Shown in pieces: positions 8,813 to 16,239 of a stretch of 23,245 nucleotides of DNA. The notes under the pieces were generated by a model. The model was not told the DNA's origin. It worked only from the letters and a program-made list of their open reading frames with translations, and made no database searches. The translations under genes were made by a program, and so were the position numbers. The stretch comes from Myxococcota bacterium (GTDB lineage Bacteria; Myxococcota_A; Polyangia; Polyangiales; Sandaracinaceae), in contig JAYZQJ010000026.1 in assembly GCA_036149055.1 (NCBI GenBank), positions 1 to 23,245 of the forward strand, given 5' to 3'. How positions within the stretch are numbered: the first letter of the stretch is position 1; the number at the start of each line of letters is the position of its first letter.

Positions 8813-8829
8813 CACGGACTTCCCTCGAC

Positions 8830-10539
8830 ATGACCGACACGACTGACGACACCGGACCCTCCTTCGCCGACCTCGGCCTCAGCGACGAGGTGCTCCGCGC
8901 CATCGACGACATGGGCTTCGCCGAGCCCACCCCCGTGCAGGCGGCCGCCTACGGCCCCGCCACCGAGGGGCTGGATCTCATCGTCCAGGCCCGCACCGGG
9001 ACCGGCAAGACGGCGGCCTTCGGCCTGCCCCTGGTCGACGCCCTGGTGGACGAGGACGGCGGGCCCCAGGCCCTGATCCTCGCCCCGACCCGCGAGCTCG
9101 CGCTCCAGTCGGCGCGCGAGATCGGCCGGCTCGGCGCCCACCTCGGCATCCGCACCGCCGCCGTCTACGGCGGCGCGCCGATCGAGCGGCAGGTGCGCGA
9201 GCTCGAGGCGGGCGCGCAGATCGTCAGCGGCACCCCCGGGCGCGTGCTCGACCACCTCAAGCGCGGGACGCTCGACGGCGACAAGCTCAAGATCCTCGTC
9301 CTCGACGAGGCCGACGAGATGCTCTCGATGGGCTTCGCCAAGGAGCTCAACGCGATCGTCGCGCTGCTGCCGACCAAGCGCCAGACGCTGCTCTTCAGCG
9401 CCACCATCGACGGCGCGGTCGAGCGCATGTCGCAGCGCATGATGAAGGACCCCCAGCGCATCAGCCTCTCGAGCGACGCGGTCGGGGCCCAGACGATCAC
9501 GCACTACTATTACCTGGTGACCGGCGTCGGGAAGACCCGCGACCTCATCCGCGTGCTCGAGAACGAGGACCCGGAGAGCGCGCTCATCTTCTGCAACACG
9601 AAGGTCATGACCGAGCGCGTGGCCCGCGAGCTCAAGCAGGCCGGCTTCAACGCCGACTGGCTGAACGGCGACCTGCCGCAGTCCGAGCGCGAGAAGGTCC
9701 TGAAGCGGACCCGCGAGGGCACCCTGCGCTACCTCGTCGCCACCGACGTGGCCGCCCGCGGCATCGACATCTCGCACGTCACCCACGTGGTGAACCACGA
9801 CTTCCCCGAGAACATCGAGGCGTACATCCACCGCACCGGGCGCACCGGCCGCGCGGGGCGCACCGGCACCGCGATCGCGATGGTGTCGCCGCAGGAGCTG
9901 GGCTCGCTCTACTACCTGCGCCTCACCTACAAGATCTTCCCGATCGAGCGCTCCCTGCCGTCGCAGGGCGAGCTGCAGACCCGCCGCGAGGCGGATCGCA
10001 TCGGGCTCCTCAGCGAGGCGTTCACCGCCGAGCCGAGCGAGATCGATCGCGCCGTCGCCCGCCGCCTGCTCGCGCACCCCGACGCGGAGCGCCTGCTCGG
10101 GGGGCTCCTGGCGGCCTTCTTCGGCCCGCGCGAGGACGTGGACGAGGAGGCGGCCGCCGCGCGCCGCGAGCGCCCGGCCCCGCCGGCCCCCGAGCCGGAG
10201 GCCCAGGAGGAGCGCCCGAAGAAGAAGGCGCGCGCCGAGCGCCGCCCCTCGCGCGACGAGGAGGACGACGACGAGGGCGCCGAGCACGAGGGCGAAGACG
10301 ACGTCTTCCTCTACATCAACGTCGGCCGCCGCGACGGGGTCCGCCCGGGCGAGATCATCCGGCTGCTCGCCGAGAACTGCGCCGTCGACAAGGCCGAGGT
10401 CGGCCGCATCCGCATCCGTGACCGCCACACCTTCGTCGGCGTCCCGCGCGACAAGGCCGACGAGATCGTCGACCAGCTCGCCGGCACCGAGAGCCACGAG
10501 AAGGAGCTGGTCGTGGAGAAGGCCCGAGCGCAGCCGTGA
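8830..10539 (+). CDS. deaD: DEAD-box RNA helicase with DbpA-type C-terminal RNA-binding domain (DeaD/CsdA-like)
   Basis: Q motif GFAEPTPVQ, then GTGKT, PTRELA, TPGRVLDH, DEAD, SAT, ARGID and HRTGRTGRAG. C-terminal LYINVGRRDGVRPGEI...IRDRHTFV. Alternative start GTG 8809 overlaps the upstream stop. Confidence 0.92.
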   Translation: MTDTTDDTGPSFADLGLSDEVLRAIDDMGFAEPTPVQAAAYGPATEGLDLIVQARTGTGKTAAFGLPLVDALVDEDGGPQALILAPTRELALQSAREIGRLGAHLGIRTAAVYGGAPIERQVRELEAGAQIVSGTPGRVLDHLKRGTLDGDKLKILVLDEADEMLSMGFAKELNAIVALLPTKRQTLLFSATIDGAVERMSQRMMKDPQRISLSSDAVGAQTITHYYYLVTGVGKTRDLIRVLENEDPESALIFCNTKVMTERVARELKQAGFNADWLNGDLPQSEREKVLKRTREGTLRYLVATDVAARGIDISHVTHVVNHDFPENIEAYIHRTGRTGRAGRTGTAIAMVSPQELGSLYYLRLTYKIFPIERSLPSQGELQTRREADRIGLLSEAFTAEPSEIDRAVARRLLAHPDAERLLGGLLAAFFGPREDVDEEAAAARRERPAPPAPEPEAQEERPKKKARAERRPSRDEEDDDEGAEHEGEDDVFLYINVGRRDGVRPGEIIRLLAENCAVDKAEVGRIRIRDRHTFVGVPRDKADEIVDQLAGTESHEKELVVEKARAQP

Positions 10540-11303
10540 AGACGCTCCGGCTCGTGACGGCGCTCCTCGCCTGCACGATGCCGTGCGCCTGCGACGACGA
10601 CGCCGTGCACGGCGGCCCTCGTCGCGGGCGCGGCGCGACCGAGCCCAGCGCGGTGGTGCCCGTCCCCGCGCCCCCCGAGGGCGAGACGAGCCCGCGCCCG
10701 CACCGGCCGCGCCTCCTGGACCAGCGCGCCCTCGAGGCGCAGGAGCGCGGTCCCGCGCCGGCCGCGTCCCAGCCCGGAGGCGCCCCGGGCGAAGCGGCCG
10801 AGGAGGCCGAGGGTCGAGACCTCGAGGCCGACCTGCGGCGCGCGTTCGGGGCGCCGACCGACTGCCTCTCGGAGGAGACCCGCGACGCCATGGGGGACGC
10901 GCTGACCCTCCAGGTGAGCGTTCGGGTCACGCCGGCCGGCCGCGTCGTCTCGGCCGAGGTCACCGGCGGCGCGCTCTCCGAGGCCGATCGCGCGTGCCTC
11001 ACCCGGCGCGCCGAGGGCATCCGGATGGCAGCGCCGATCGAGGACGCGCCCCGCACCGTGAGCGCGACGATCCGATATTCCGTCCAAGACGGGCGGGTGA
11101 CGACCACGGAGCGCGAGCTGCCCGAGCGCAGCTACGGGCCGGGCACCTTGCTGCCCGACTCGACCCTCCCGGCCGCGGGGACCGAGACCGAGCGCCCCGC
11201 CGGCAGCCTCGCGCCGTCGAGCACCCTCCCCGCCCAGGGCGCGGAGGGCCGCCCTCCCGGCTTCGTCCCGCCGTCGAGCACGCTCCCCGCCCTGGGTGAG
11301 TGA
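10536..11303 (+). CDS. Putative lipoprotein with a TonB-C/AgmX-PglI-like domain and three C-terminal repeats, 255 aa
   Basis: GTG start overlaps the helicase stop (GTGA). Signal MKTLRLVTALLACTMPCAC. Domain DCL...VSVRVTPAGRVVSAEV...ACLTRRAEGIRMAAP...VSATIRY. Confidence 0.65.
   Translation: MKTLRLVTALLACTMPCACDDDAVHGGPRRGRGATEPSAVVPVPAPPEGETSPRPHRPRLLDQRALEAQERGPAPAASQPGGAPGEAAEEAEGRDLEADLRRAFGAPTDCLSEETRDAMGDALTLQVSVRVTPAGRVVSAEVTGGALSEADRACLTRRAEGIRMAAPIEDAPRTVSATIRYSVQDGRVTTTERELPERSYGPGTLLPDSTLPAAGTETERPAGSLAPSSTLPAQGAEGRPPGFVPPSSTLPALGE
11119..11300 (+). repeat. Three imperfect 57-60 nt coding tandem repeats (PG/AG-x3-P-x-STLPA-x-G)
   Basis: GPGTLLPDSTLPAAG, RPAGSLAPSSTLPAQG and RPPGFVPPSSTLPALG. 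The Thr codons of STLPA start at 11163, 11223 and 11280. Confidence 0.8.
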
Positions 11304-11348
11304 AGGCTTGTGGCCGGGGGGCCGATCCGGCTAGTTTCGTTCGCTGCG

Positions 11349-13271
11349 ATGGCAGACACCTCCAGCGTGGCCCGACAGAAGGCGCCCGGGCTCGCCCCCG
11401 GATCGGTCGTCGGAGGCCGCTTCGAGATCGAGCGCGCCGTGGCCGAGGACGCCCTCGGCAGCGTGCTCGCCGCCAAGGACCAGAAGACCGGCCGGCCGAT
11501 CGCCGTGCGGGTGCTCTCCCCCGGGCTGATCGCGACGCCCGAGGCGGTGGAGAGGCTGCGGGCGGAGGTCAAGACGGCCGCCACCATCCAGCACAAGAAC
11601 ATCGTCGCCACCTACGGGATGGGGCAGGACAAGGGCGGCGCCCGCTTCATCGCGACCGAGTGGGTCGAGGGGCGGCGGCTCTCCTCGGTGATCGAGGAGA
11701 AAAAGAAAGAGTCGGCGACGCCGATGTCGCTCCGCGGCGCGTACAACGTAGTCGCGCACGTGTGCAAGGGGCTCTCGGCGGCCGCCAAGAAGGGCGCCTG
11801 TCACGGCGCGCTGCGGCCCGGCGTGGTCTTCGTCACCCAGGCCGGCCGGGTGAAGGTCGGCGGCCTCGGGCTCGACCAGGCCATCGCGCTCACCGCGGGC
11901 CCCGCCGCGCTCGGCGCGGGCGAGCAGGCCTTCCTCGCCCCCGAGGTGAAGCAGGGCCAGGCGCCCGGCCCGGCGAGTGACGTCTTCGGCCTCGGCGGCC
12001 TGCTCTACGCGATGCTCACCGGCCGGAGCCCGCTCGACGACTTCGTGGCGCCCTCGCAGGCCCACCCGGAGGCCGGCCCCGAGGTCGACCAGGTCCTCAT
12101 GCGCTGCCTCTCGGCCGACCCGGCCGCGCGCTTCGGCTCGGCCCAGGAGGTGAAGGCGGCGCTGGTCGGGCTCGCCAAGGGCACGGAGCCGGCCACCGAC
12201 CAGGACGACTTCGGGGTGGACGTCGACCTCGACATCGACATCGGCTCGCTGCAGCCGCCGCCCGCCGAGCCGGCGCCGAGCGCCCCCGCGGCCAAGGCGC
12301 CTCCCCGCCCGGCGGCGCCCGCCTCTCCCGGCGGCGGCCCGCAGGTCGGGCAGCGGGTCGCGCTCGACGAGAGCTTCCGCTCGGCGCCCGGCATCGGCGC
12401 GCCGGCCGCGAGCGCCGAGGTCGACCTCACCAACCTCCTGTCGAAGATCACCGAGAACGACGCGCCGCGCTGGATGGTGGTCAAGGACAACCTCGATCAC
12501 GGCCCGTTCAGCGGCCGCGAGCTCGTCAACCTCATCCTCAAGGGCGACGTGCTCGGCGAGCACCGCCTGCTCAACATGGACACCGGCCAGCGCGTCGAGG
12601 TGCGCGAGGCCCCCGAGTTCACCGAGTTCGTCGAGCAGTTCCGGCTCAAGAAGGCCGAGCAGGACCACCAGGTCGCGCTCCAGAAGTCGGAGAAGGCCGA
12701 GAAGGTCTCCATGGTGTCGAAGATCGCCATCCTCGGCGGCGTCGCCGCGGTGGTCGGCATCGGCGTGGTGGTCTTCCTCGTGACCCGGCCCGACGTGCAG
12801 GAGGAGGAGCGCTCCGACGCCGACGTCGCCGACCTCTACGAGCGCGGCGAGATCGAGATCAGCGGCTCGGCCGGCATCCTGCCCGACCCGCCCCGACGGC
12901 GCGGCGGCGGGCGGCGGGCGCGACGCGGCGGAGGCGGCGGCGCGATGAGCTACGAGGACGCGATGAACCAGGTCGCCGACCTCGGCAGCGCCAACAGCAC
13001 CGGCAGCCAGCGTCGCCTGACCCCGCAGCAGGTCGCGGGCGTGATGAACCAGAACATCAACCGGCTCGTCCCCTGCCTCTCCCAGGGCTCGGGCGGCGGG
13101 CAGGTCCGCATCGACATGGCGATCGCGGGGAGCGGCCAGGTGCTCGGCGCCTCGGTGCGCAACGGGACGCCCGGGTTCCAGCGCTGCATCGCGGGCCGGG
13201 TCCGTCAGATCCGCTTCCCCTCCTTCCCCGCCCCACGCATGGGCGCGAGCTACACGTTCAGCGCCAACTGA
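11349..13271 (+). CDS. Ser/Thr kinase-like (pseudokinase) - GYF_2-like - TM - TonB-C/AgmX-like multidomain membrane protein, 640 aa
   Basis: Kinase scaffold GRFEIER...IAVRVL...E...IQHKNIVATY...TEWVEG...FLAPE...SDVFGLGGLLYAMLTGRSP...RCLSADPAARF. GYF-like WMVVKDNLDHGPFSGRELVNLILKG. TM IAILGGVAAVVGIGVVVFLV. C-terminal LTPQQVAGVMNQNINRLVPCL...IAGSGQV...RCIAGRVRQIRFPSF. Confidence 0.85.
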   Translation: MADTSSVARQKAPGLAPGSVVGGRFEIERAVAEDALGSVLAAKDQKTGRPIAVRVLSPGLIATPEAVERLRAEVKTAATIQHKNIVATYGMGQDKGGARFIATEWVEGRRLSSVIEEKKKESATPMSLRGAYNVVAHVCKGLSAAAKKGACHGALRPGVVFVTQAGRVKVGGLGLDQAIALTAGPAALGAGEQAFLAPEVKQGQAPGPASDVFGLGGLLYAMLTGRSPLDDFVAPSQAHPEAGPEVDQVLMRCLSADPAARFGSAQEVKAALVGLAKGTEPATDQDDFGVDVDLDIDIGSLQPPPAEPAPSAPAAKAPPRPAAPASPGGGPQVGQRVALDESFRSAPGIGAPAASAEVDLTNLLSKITENDAPRWMVVKDNLDHGPFSGRELVNLILKGDVLGEHRLLNMDTGQRVEVREAPEFTEFVEQFRLKKAEQDHQVALQKSEKAEKVSMVSKIAILGGVAAVVGIGVVVFLVTRPDVQEEERSDADVADLYERGEIEISGSAGILPDPPRRRGGGRRARRGGGGGAMSYEDAMNQVADLGSANSTGSQRRLTPQQVAGVMNQNINRLVPCLSQGSGGGQVRIDMAIAGSGQVLGASVRNGTPGFQRCIAGRVRQIRFPSFPAPRMGASYTFSAN

Positions 13272-14035
13272 TGCGCGCCCTGGCCCTCGCGCTCGCGCTC
13301 CTCGCCGCCGGCTGCGAAGCCGAGCTGGCGGCGGATCTGAGCGAGCCGCAGGCCGACGAGATCGTGCTCGCCCTCGACGGCCGGGGCATCGCCGCCGACA
13401 AGGCGCGCGCCGACCTCGCGGGCGAGGCGCGCTACCGGGTGGTCGTCGCGCAGGCCGACGTGCCCGCGGCGCTCGCGGTGCTCCGCGACCACGACCTGCC
13501 CCGGCGGGAGGCGCCCGGCTTCGCGGAGATCTTCGACGACGGAAGCCTCGTGCCGAGCGCGGCCGAGGAGCGCGCCCGGTACGCGGCCGCCATCGCGGGG
13601 GAGCTGGCCCGGTCGCTCGAGGCGATGGAGGGCGTGCGCCGCGCGCGGGTTCACGTGGCCACGCCCGAGGTCGGCAGCCGCACCCTGGACGAGGGGCCGG
13701 CCCGCGCCCGCGCGTCGGTGCTCGTCCTGCACGACCCGAGCGCCACCGTGGACGAGGGCGCGGTGCGGGCGCTCGTCGCCGGCGCCGTCCAGGACCTGGC
13801 GCCCGAGGACGTCGCGGTGGTCCGCGCGCCCGCCCGCGCCGCCCGCGGAGAGGACGCCCGGCTCGCCCGCGTCGGCCCCATCGCCGTGAGCCGCGGGACC
13901 GCCGGCGTGCTCAAGGCGGTGCTCGCCGCCAGCTTCGCGCTGAACCTGTTGCTCGTGATGGCGCTGGTGTGGATCCGGCGCCGCGCGGGCGGAGAGACCC
14001 CGAGCCGCCACGGAGGCGCGCCGGCCAAGACCTGA
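13271..14035 (+). CDS. SctJ/YscJ/HrcJ (FliF-related) inner-membrane ring lipoprotein, 254 aa
   Basis: Lipobox LLAAGC. LSEPQADEIVLALDGRGIAADK, V...DVPAALAVL...LPR, GFAEIFDDGSLVPSAAEERARY...GELARSLEAMEGVRRARVHV, ASVLV and LVAGAVQDLAPEDVAVV, followed by a C-terminal TM and basic stop-transfer. Confidence 0.85.
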   Translation: MRALALALALLAAGCEAELAADLSEPQADEIVLALDGRGIAADKARADLAGEARYRVVVAQADVPAALAVLRDHDLPRREAPGFAEIFDDGSLVPSAAEERARYAAAIAGELARSLEAMEGVRRARVHVATPEVGSRTLDEGPARARASVLVLHDPSATVDEGAVRALVAGAVQDLAPEDVAVVRAPARAARGEDARLARVGPIAVSRGTAGVLKAVLAASFALNLLLVMALVWIRRRAGGETPSRHGGAPAKT

Positions 14036-14050
14036 GGGAGGGGAACCGAC

Positions 14051-15286
14051 ATGTCGAAGGACGCGCTCGCGAACGCCAACTACTACTTCAACCGCGCCTC
14101 GAAGATCCTGGGGCTGACCGACGACGTCGCGGTGCAGCTCCGGACCCCGCACCGCGAGGTCAAGGTCGAGTGCACCGTGCGCATGGACGACGGGAGCATC
14201 GGCACCTTCGTCGGCTACCGCGTCCAGCACGACAACGCGCGCGGCCCCTTCAAGGGCGGCCTCCGCTACCACCACGAGGTGGACGAGCAGGAGGTGACGG
14301 CGCTCGCGCAGCTGATGACGTGGAAGACCGCGGTCGTCGGCGTGCCGTTCGGCGGGGCCAAGGGCGGCATCCAGGTCGACACGACCAAGCTCTCCGACGA
14401 CGAGATGCAGCGCATGACGCGCCGCTTCGTCGACGGGATCTACGAGGTCATCGGCGACAAGACCGACATCCCGGCGCCGGACATGTACACGAACTCGCAG
14501 GTCATGGCGTGGATCTTCGACCAGTACGCCAACTACCGCGGCTACACGCCGGGCGTGGTCACCGGGAAGCCGGTCGAGCTCGGCGGCTCGCTCGGGCGCG
14601 GCTCGGCGACCGGCCGCGGCTGCCTCTACGCGTGCGAGAACCTGCTCGAGTCGGTCGGCGAGTCCATGGAGGGCAAGCGGGTCATCGTGCAGGGCTTCGG
14701 CAACGTCGGCAGCTGGGCCGCCCGCCTCTTCGAGGAGCAGGGCGCGAAGGTGGTCGGCATCGCCGACATCTCGGGCGGCTACTACAACCCCGAGGGCATC
14801 GACCTGAACGCGGCGATGAAGGAGGTCGCGACCGACCGGAGCCTCGAGGGGTTCAAGGGCGGCGAGCGGATCAGCGGCGAGGCCATCCTCGTGCAGGACT
14901 GCGACATCCTCATCCCGGCGGCGCTCGGCGGCGTGATCACCAAGGACGTGGCCAAGGACGTCCAGGCGAAGATCATCGTCGAGGGCGCCAACGGCCCGAC
15001 GACGCCCGACGCCGACGAGGTCTTCGAGAAGCGCGGCGTGCACGTGATCCCCGACATCTACGCCAACGCGGGCGGGGTCACGGTGAGCTACTTCGAGTGG
15101 GCTCAGAACATGCAGAACTTCTACTGGGACGAGGACCGGGTGAACGACGAGCTCCGCCGGATCATGAAGAAGAGCTGGGGCGAGCTGCACGGCATCTCGA
15201 AGAGCCGGAACATCCCGCTCCGCATGGCCGCCTACGTGCTCGGCGTCGGCCGCGTCGATCAGGCGACCTCGCTCCGCGGCGTCTGA
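14051..15286 (+). CDS. gdhA: Glutamate dehydrogenase (Glu/Leu/Phe/Val dehydrogenase family), 411 aa
   Basis: GPFKGGLRYH, GGAKGG, DIPAPD, VVTGKP...GGSLGRGSATGRG, QGFGNVG, EGANGPTT and IPDIYANAGGVTVSYFEW. Strong purine-rich RBS GAGGGAGGGG. Confidence 0.93.
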   Translation: MSKDALANANYYFNRASKILGLTDDVAVQLRTPHREVKVECTVRMDDGSIGTFVGYRVQHDNARGPFKGGLRYHHEVDEQEVTALAQLMTWKTAVVGVPFGGAKGGIQVDTTKLSDDEMQRMTRRFVDGIYEVIGDKTDIPAPDMYTNSQVMAWIFDQYANYRGYTPGVVTGKPVELGGSLGRGSATGRGCLYACENLLESVGESMEGKRVIVQGFGNVGSWAARLFEEQGAKVVGIADISGGYYNPEGIDLNAAMKEVATDRSLEGFKGGERISGEAILVQDCDILIPAALGGVITKDVAKDVQAKIIVEGANGPTTPDADEVFEKRGVHVIPDIYANAGGVTVSYFEWAQNMQNFYWDEDRVNDELRRIMKKSWGELHGISKSRNIPLRMAAYVLGVGRVDQATSLRGV

Positions 15287-15288
15287 GC

Positions 15289-16239
15289 TCAGCGGAAGAA
15301 GGGGCGCTCGACCGCGAAGAGGAGGCGGCTGGCGCCCGTCCTCCACTCGGCGGGCGCCGCGCTCCCGCGCAGGACCACCCCCATGGCGTAGGCCTGCCCG
15401 ACGAGCGCCGGCGCCCGGAGGCGCGCGACCACCGCGTCCATCCGATCCGGGTCGTCGAGCAGCTCGAGCAGCGCCTCGCCCTCCTCCCCCGAGGCCCGCG
15501 CCTCCGCGACCAGCGCGTCGCTCTCCCAGCCCTCCCGGCGGGCGAGCGCCAGCGCGGTCCAGAGGGTCGTGGGGCCGACGCCCTCGGTCGCGGGCAGCGC
15601 GGCCGCGCGGACCAGCGCCTCGGGCGGGGCGCCTTCGCTCGCGGCGACCAGGCGCAAGAAGACCGGCTCGTCGGCGAGGCGTGAGCGGAGCGCCTCGTGG
15701 AGCCGGCCACGGGCGAGCGCGCGCCAGGGCGCGAGGGCCTCCGCCTCCTCGGGCGAGACCTCCACCGCCCTCTCGACGGCGAGATAGCTGCGGAGCATCG
15801 GCATCCCCTCCGCCAGCTCCGGGAGCTCGTCCGCGTCCCCCCACGTCGCCCGTCGGACGCGGGCGAGGTCCCACGCCATCGAGCGCCAGAGCGCCGCCGT
15901 GGCCGGCGTCCGGGCGCGCATGAGGAGCGAAGCCGCCTCCCGCCAGGCGCCGCGGGACACCGCCCCGTAGGCCGCGGCCATGCTCAGCCAGGCGTTGTCG
16001 GGGTACTGCGCGTGGGCCGCCTCGTACGCGAGGTGGCGCGCGTCGCGGTCCGGGGCGCACGCCGCCGCGAGGTACGCGTCGTCGCCGCTCTCCGGCGTCG
16101 CGTCGCGCACGCCCTCGCACGCCGCCGCCTTGACCGCGGGATCGTCGTCGCTCGCCAGCAGGTAGCGCCAGAAGAGCACGTCCGGCTCGCGGCGCGCGCG
16201 CTCTCGGACGATCGACGTCGCGTCGGGCGAGTGCGTCAT
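15289..16239 (-). CDS. Helical (TPR-like) protein, most likely the frameshifted C-terminal part of the M48 peptidase
   Basis: C-terminal 316 aa of ORF 15289..18528 (MTHSPDATSIVRE...RLLFAVERPFFR) has coding-like codon bias. The GC3-biased frame extends upstream to about 16281. Confidence 0.65.
   Translation of the reverse strand: MTHSPDATSIVRERARREPDVLFWRYLLASDDDPAVKAAACEGVRDATPESGDDAYLAAACAPDRDARHLAYEAAHAQYPDNAWLSMAAAYGAVSRGAWREAASLLMRARTPATAALWRSMAWDLARVRRATWGDADELPELAEGMPMLRSYLAVERAVEVSPEEAEALAPWRALARGRLHEALRSRLADEPVFLRLVAASEGAPPEALVRAAALPATEGVGPTTLWTALALARREGWESDALVAEARASGEEGEALLELLDDPDRMDAVVARLRAPALVGQAYAMGVVLRGSAAPAEWRTGASRLLFAVERPFFR

Noticed and set aside
8830..15286. Functional inclusion of the DEAD-box helicase and gdh in the SctJ/pseudokinase system
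   Set aside because: Both look like ordinary housekeeping enzymes, and co-orientation alone is not evidence without synteny data.
15283..15292. Palindrome CTGAGCTCAG joining the convergent stops of gdh and the M48 tail
   Set aside because: Largely explained by two opposed TGA codons 2 nt apart, and too short to support a function.
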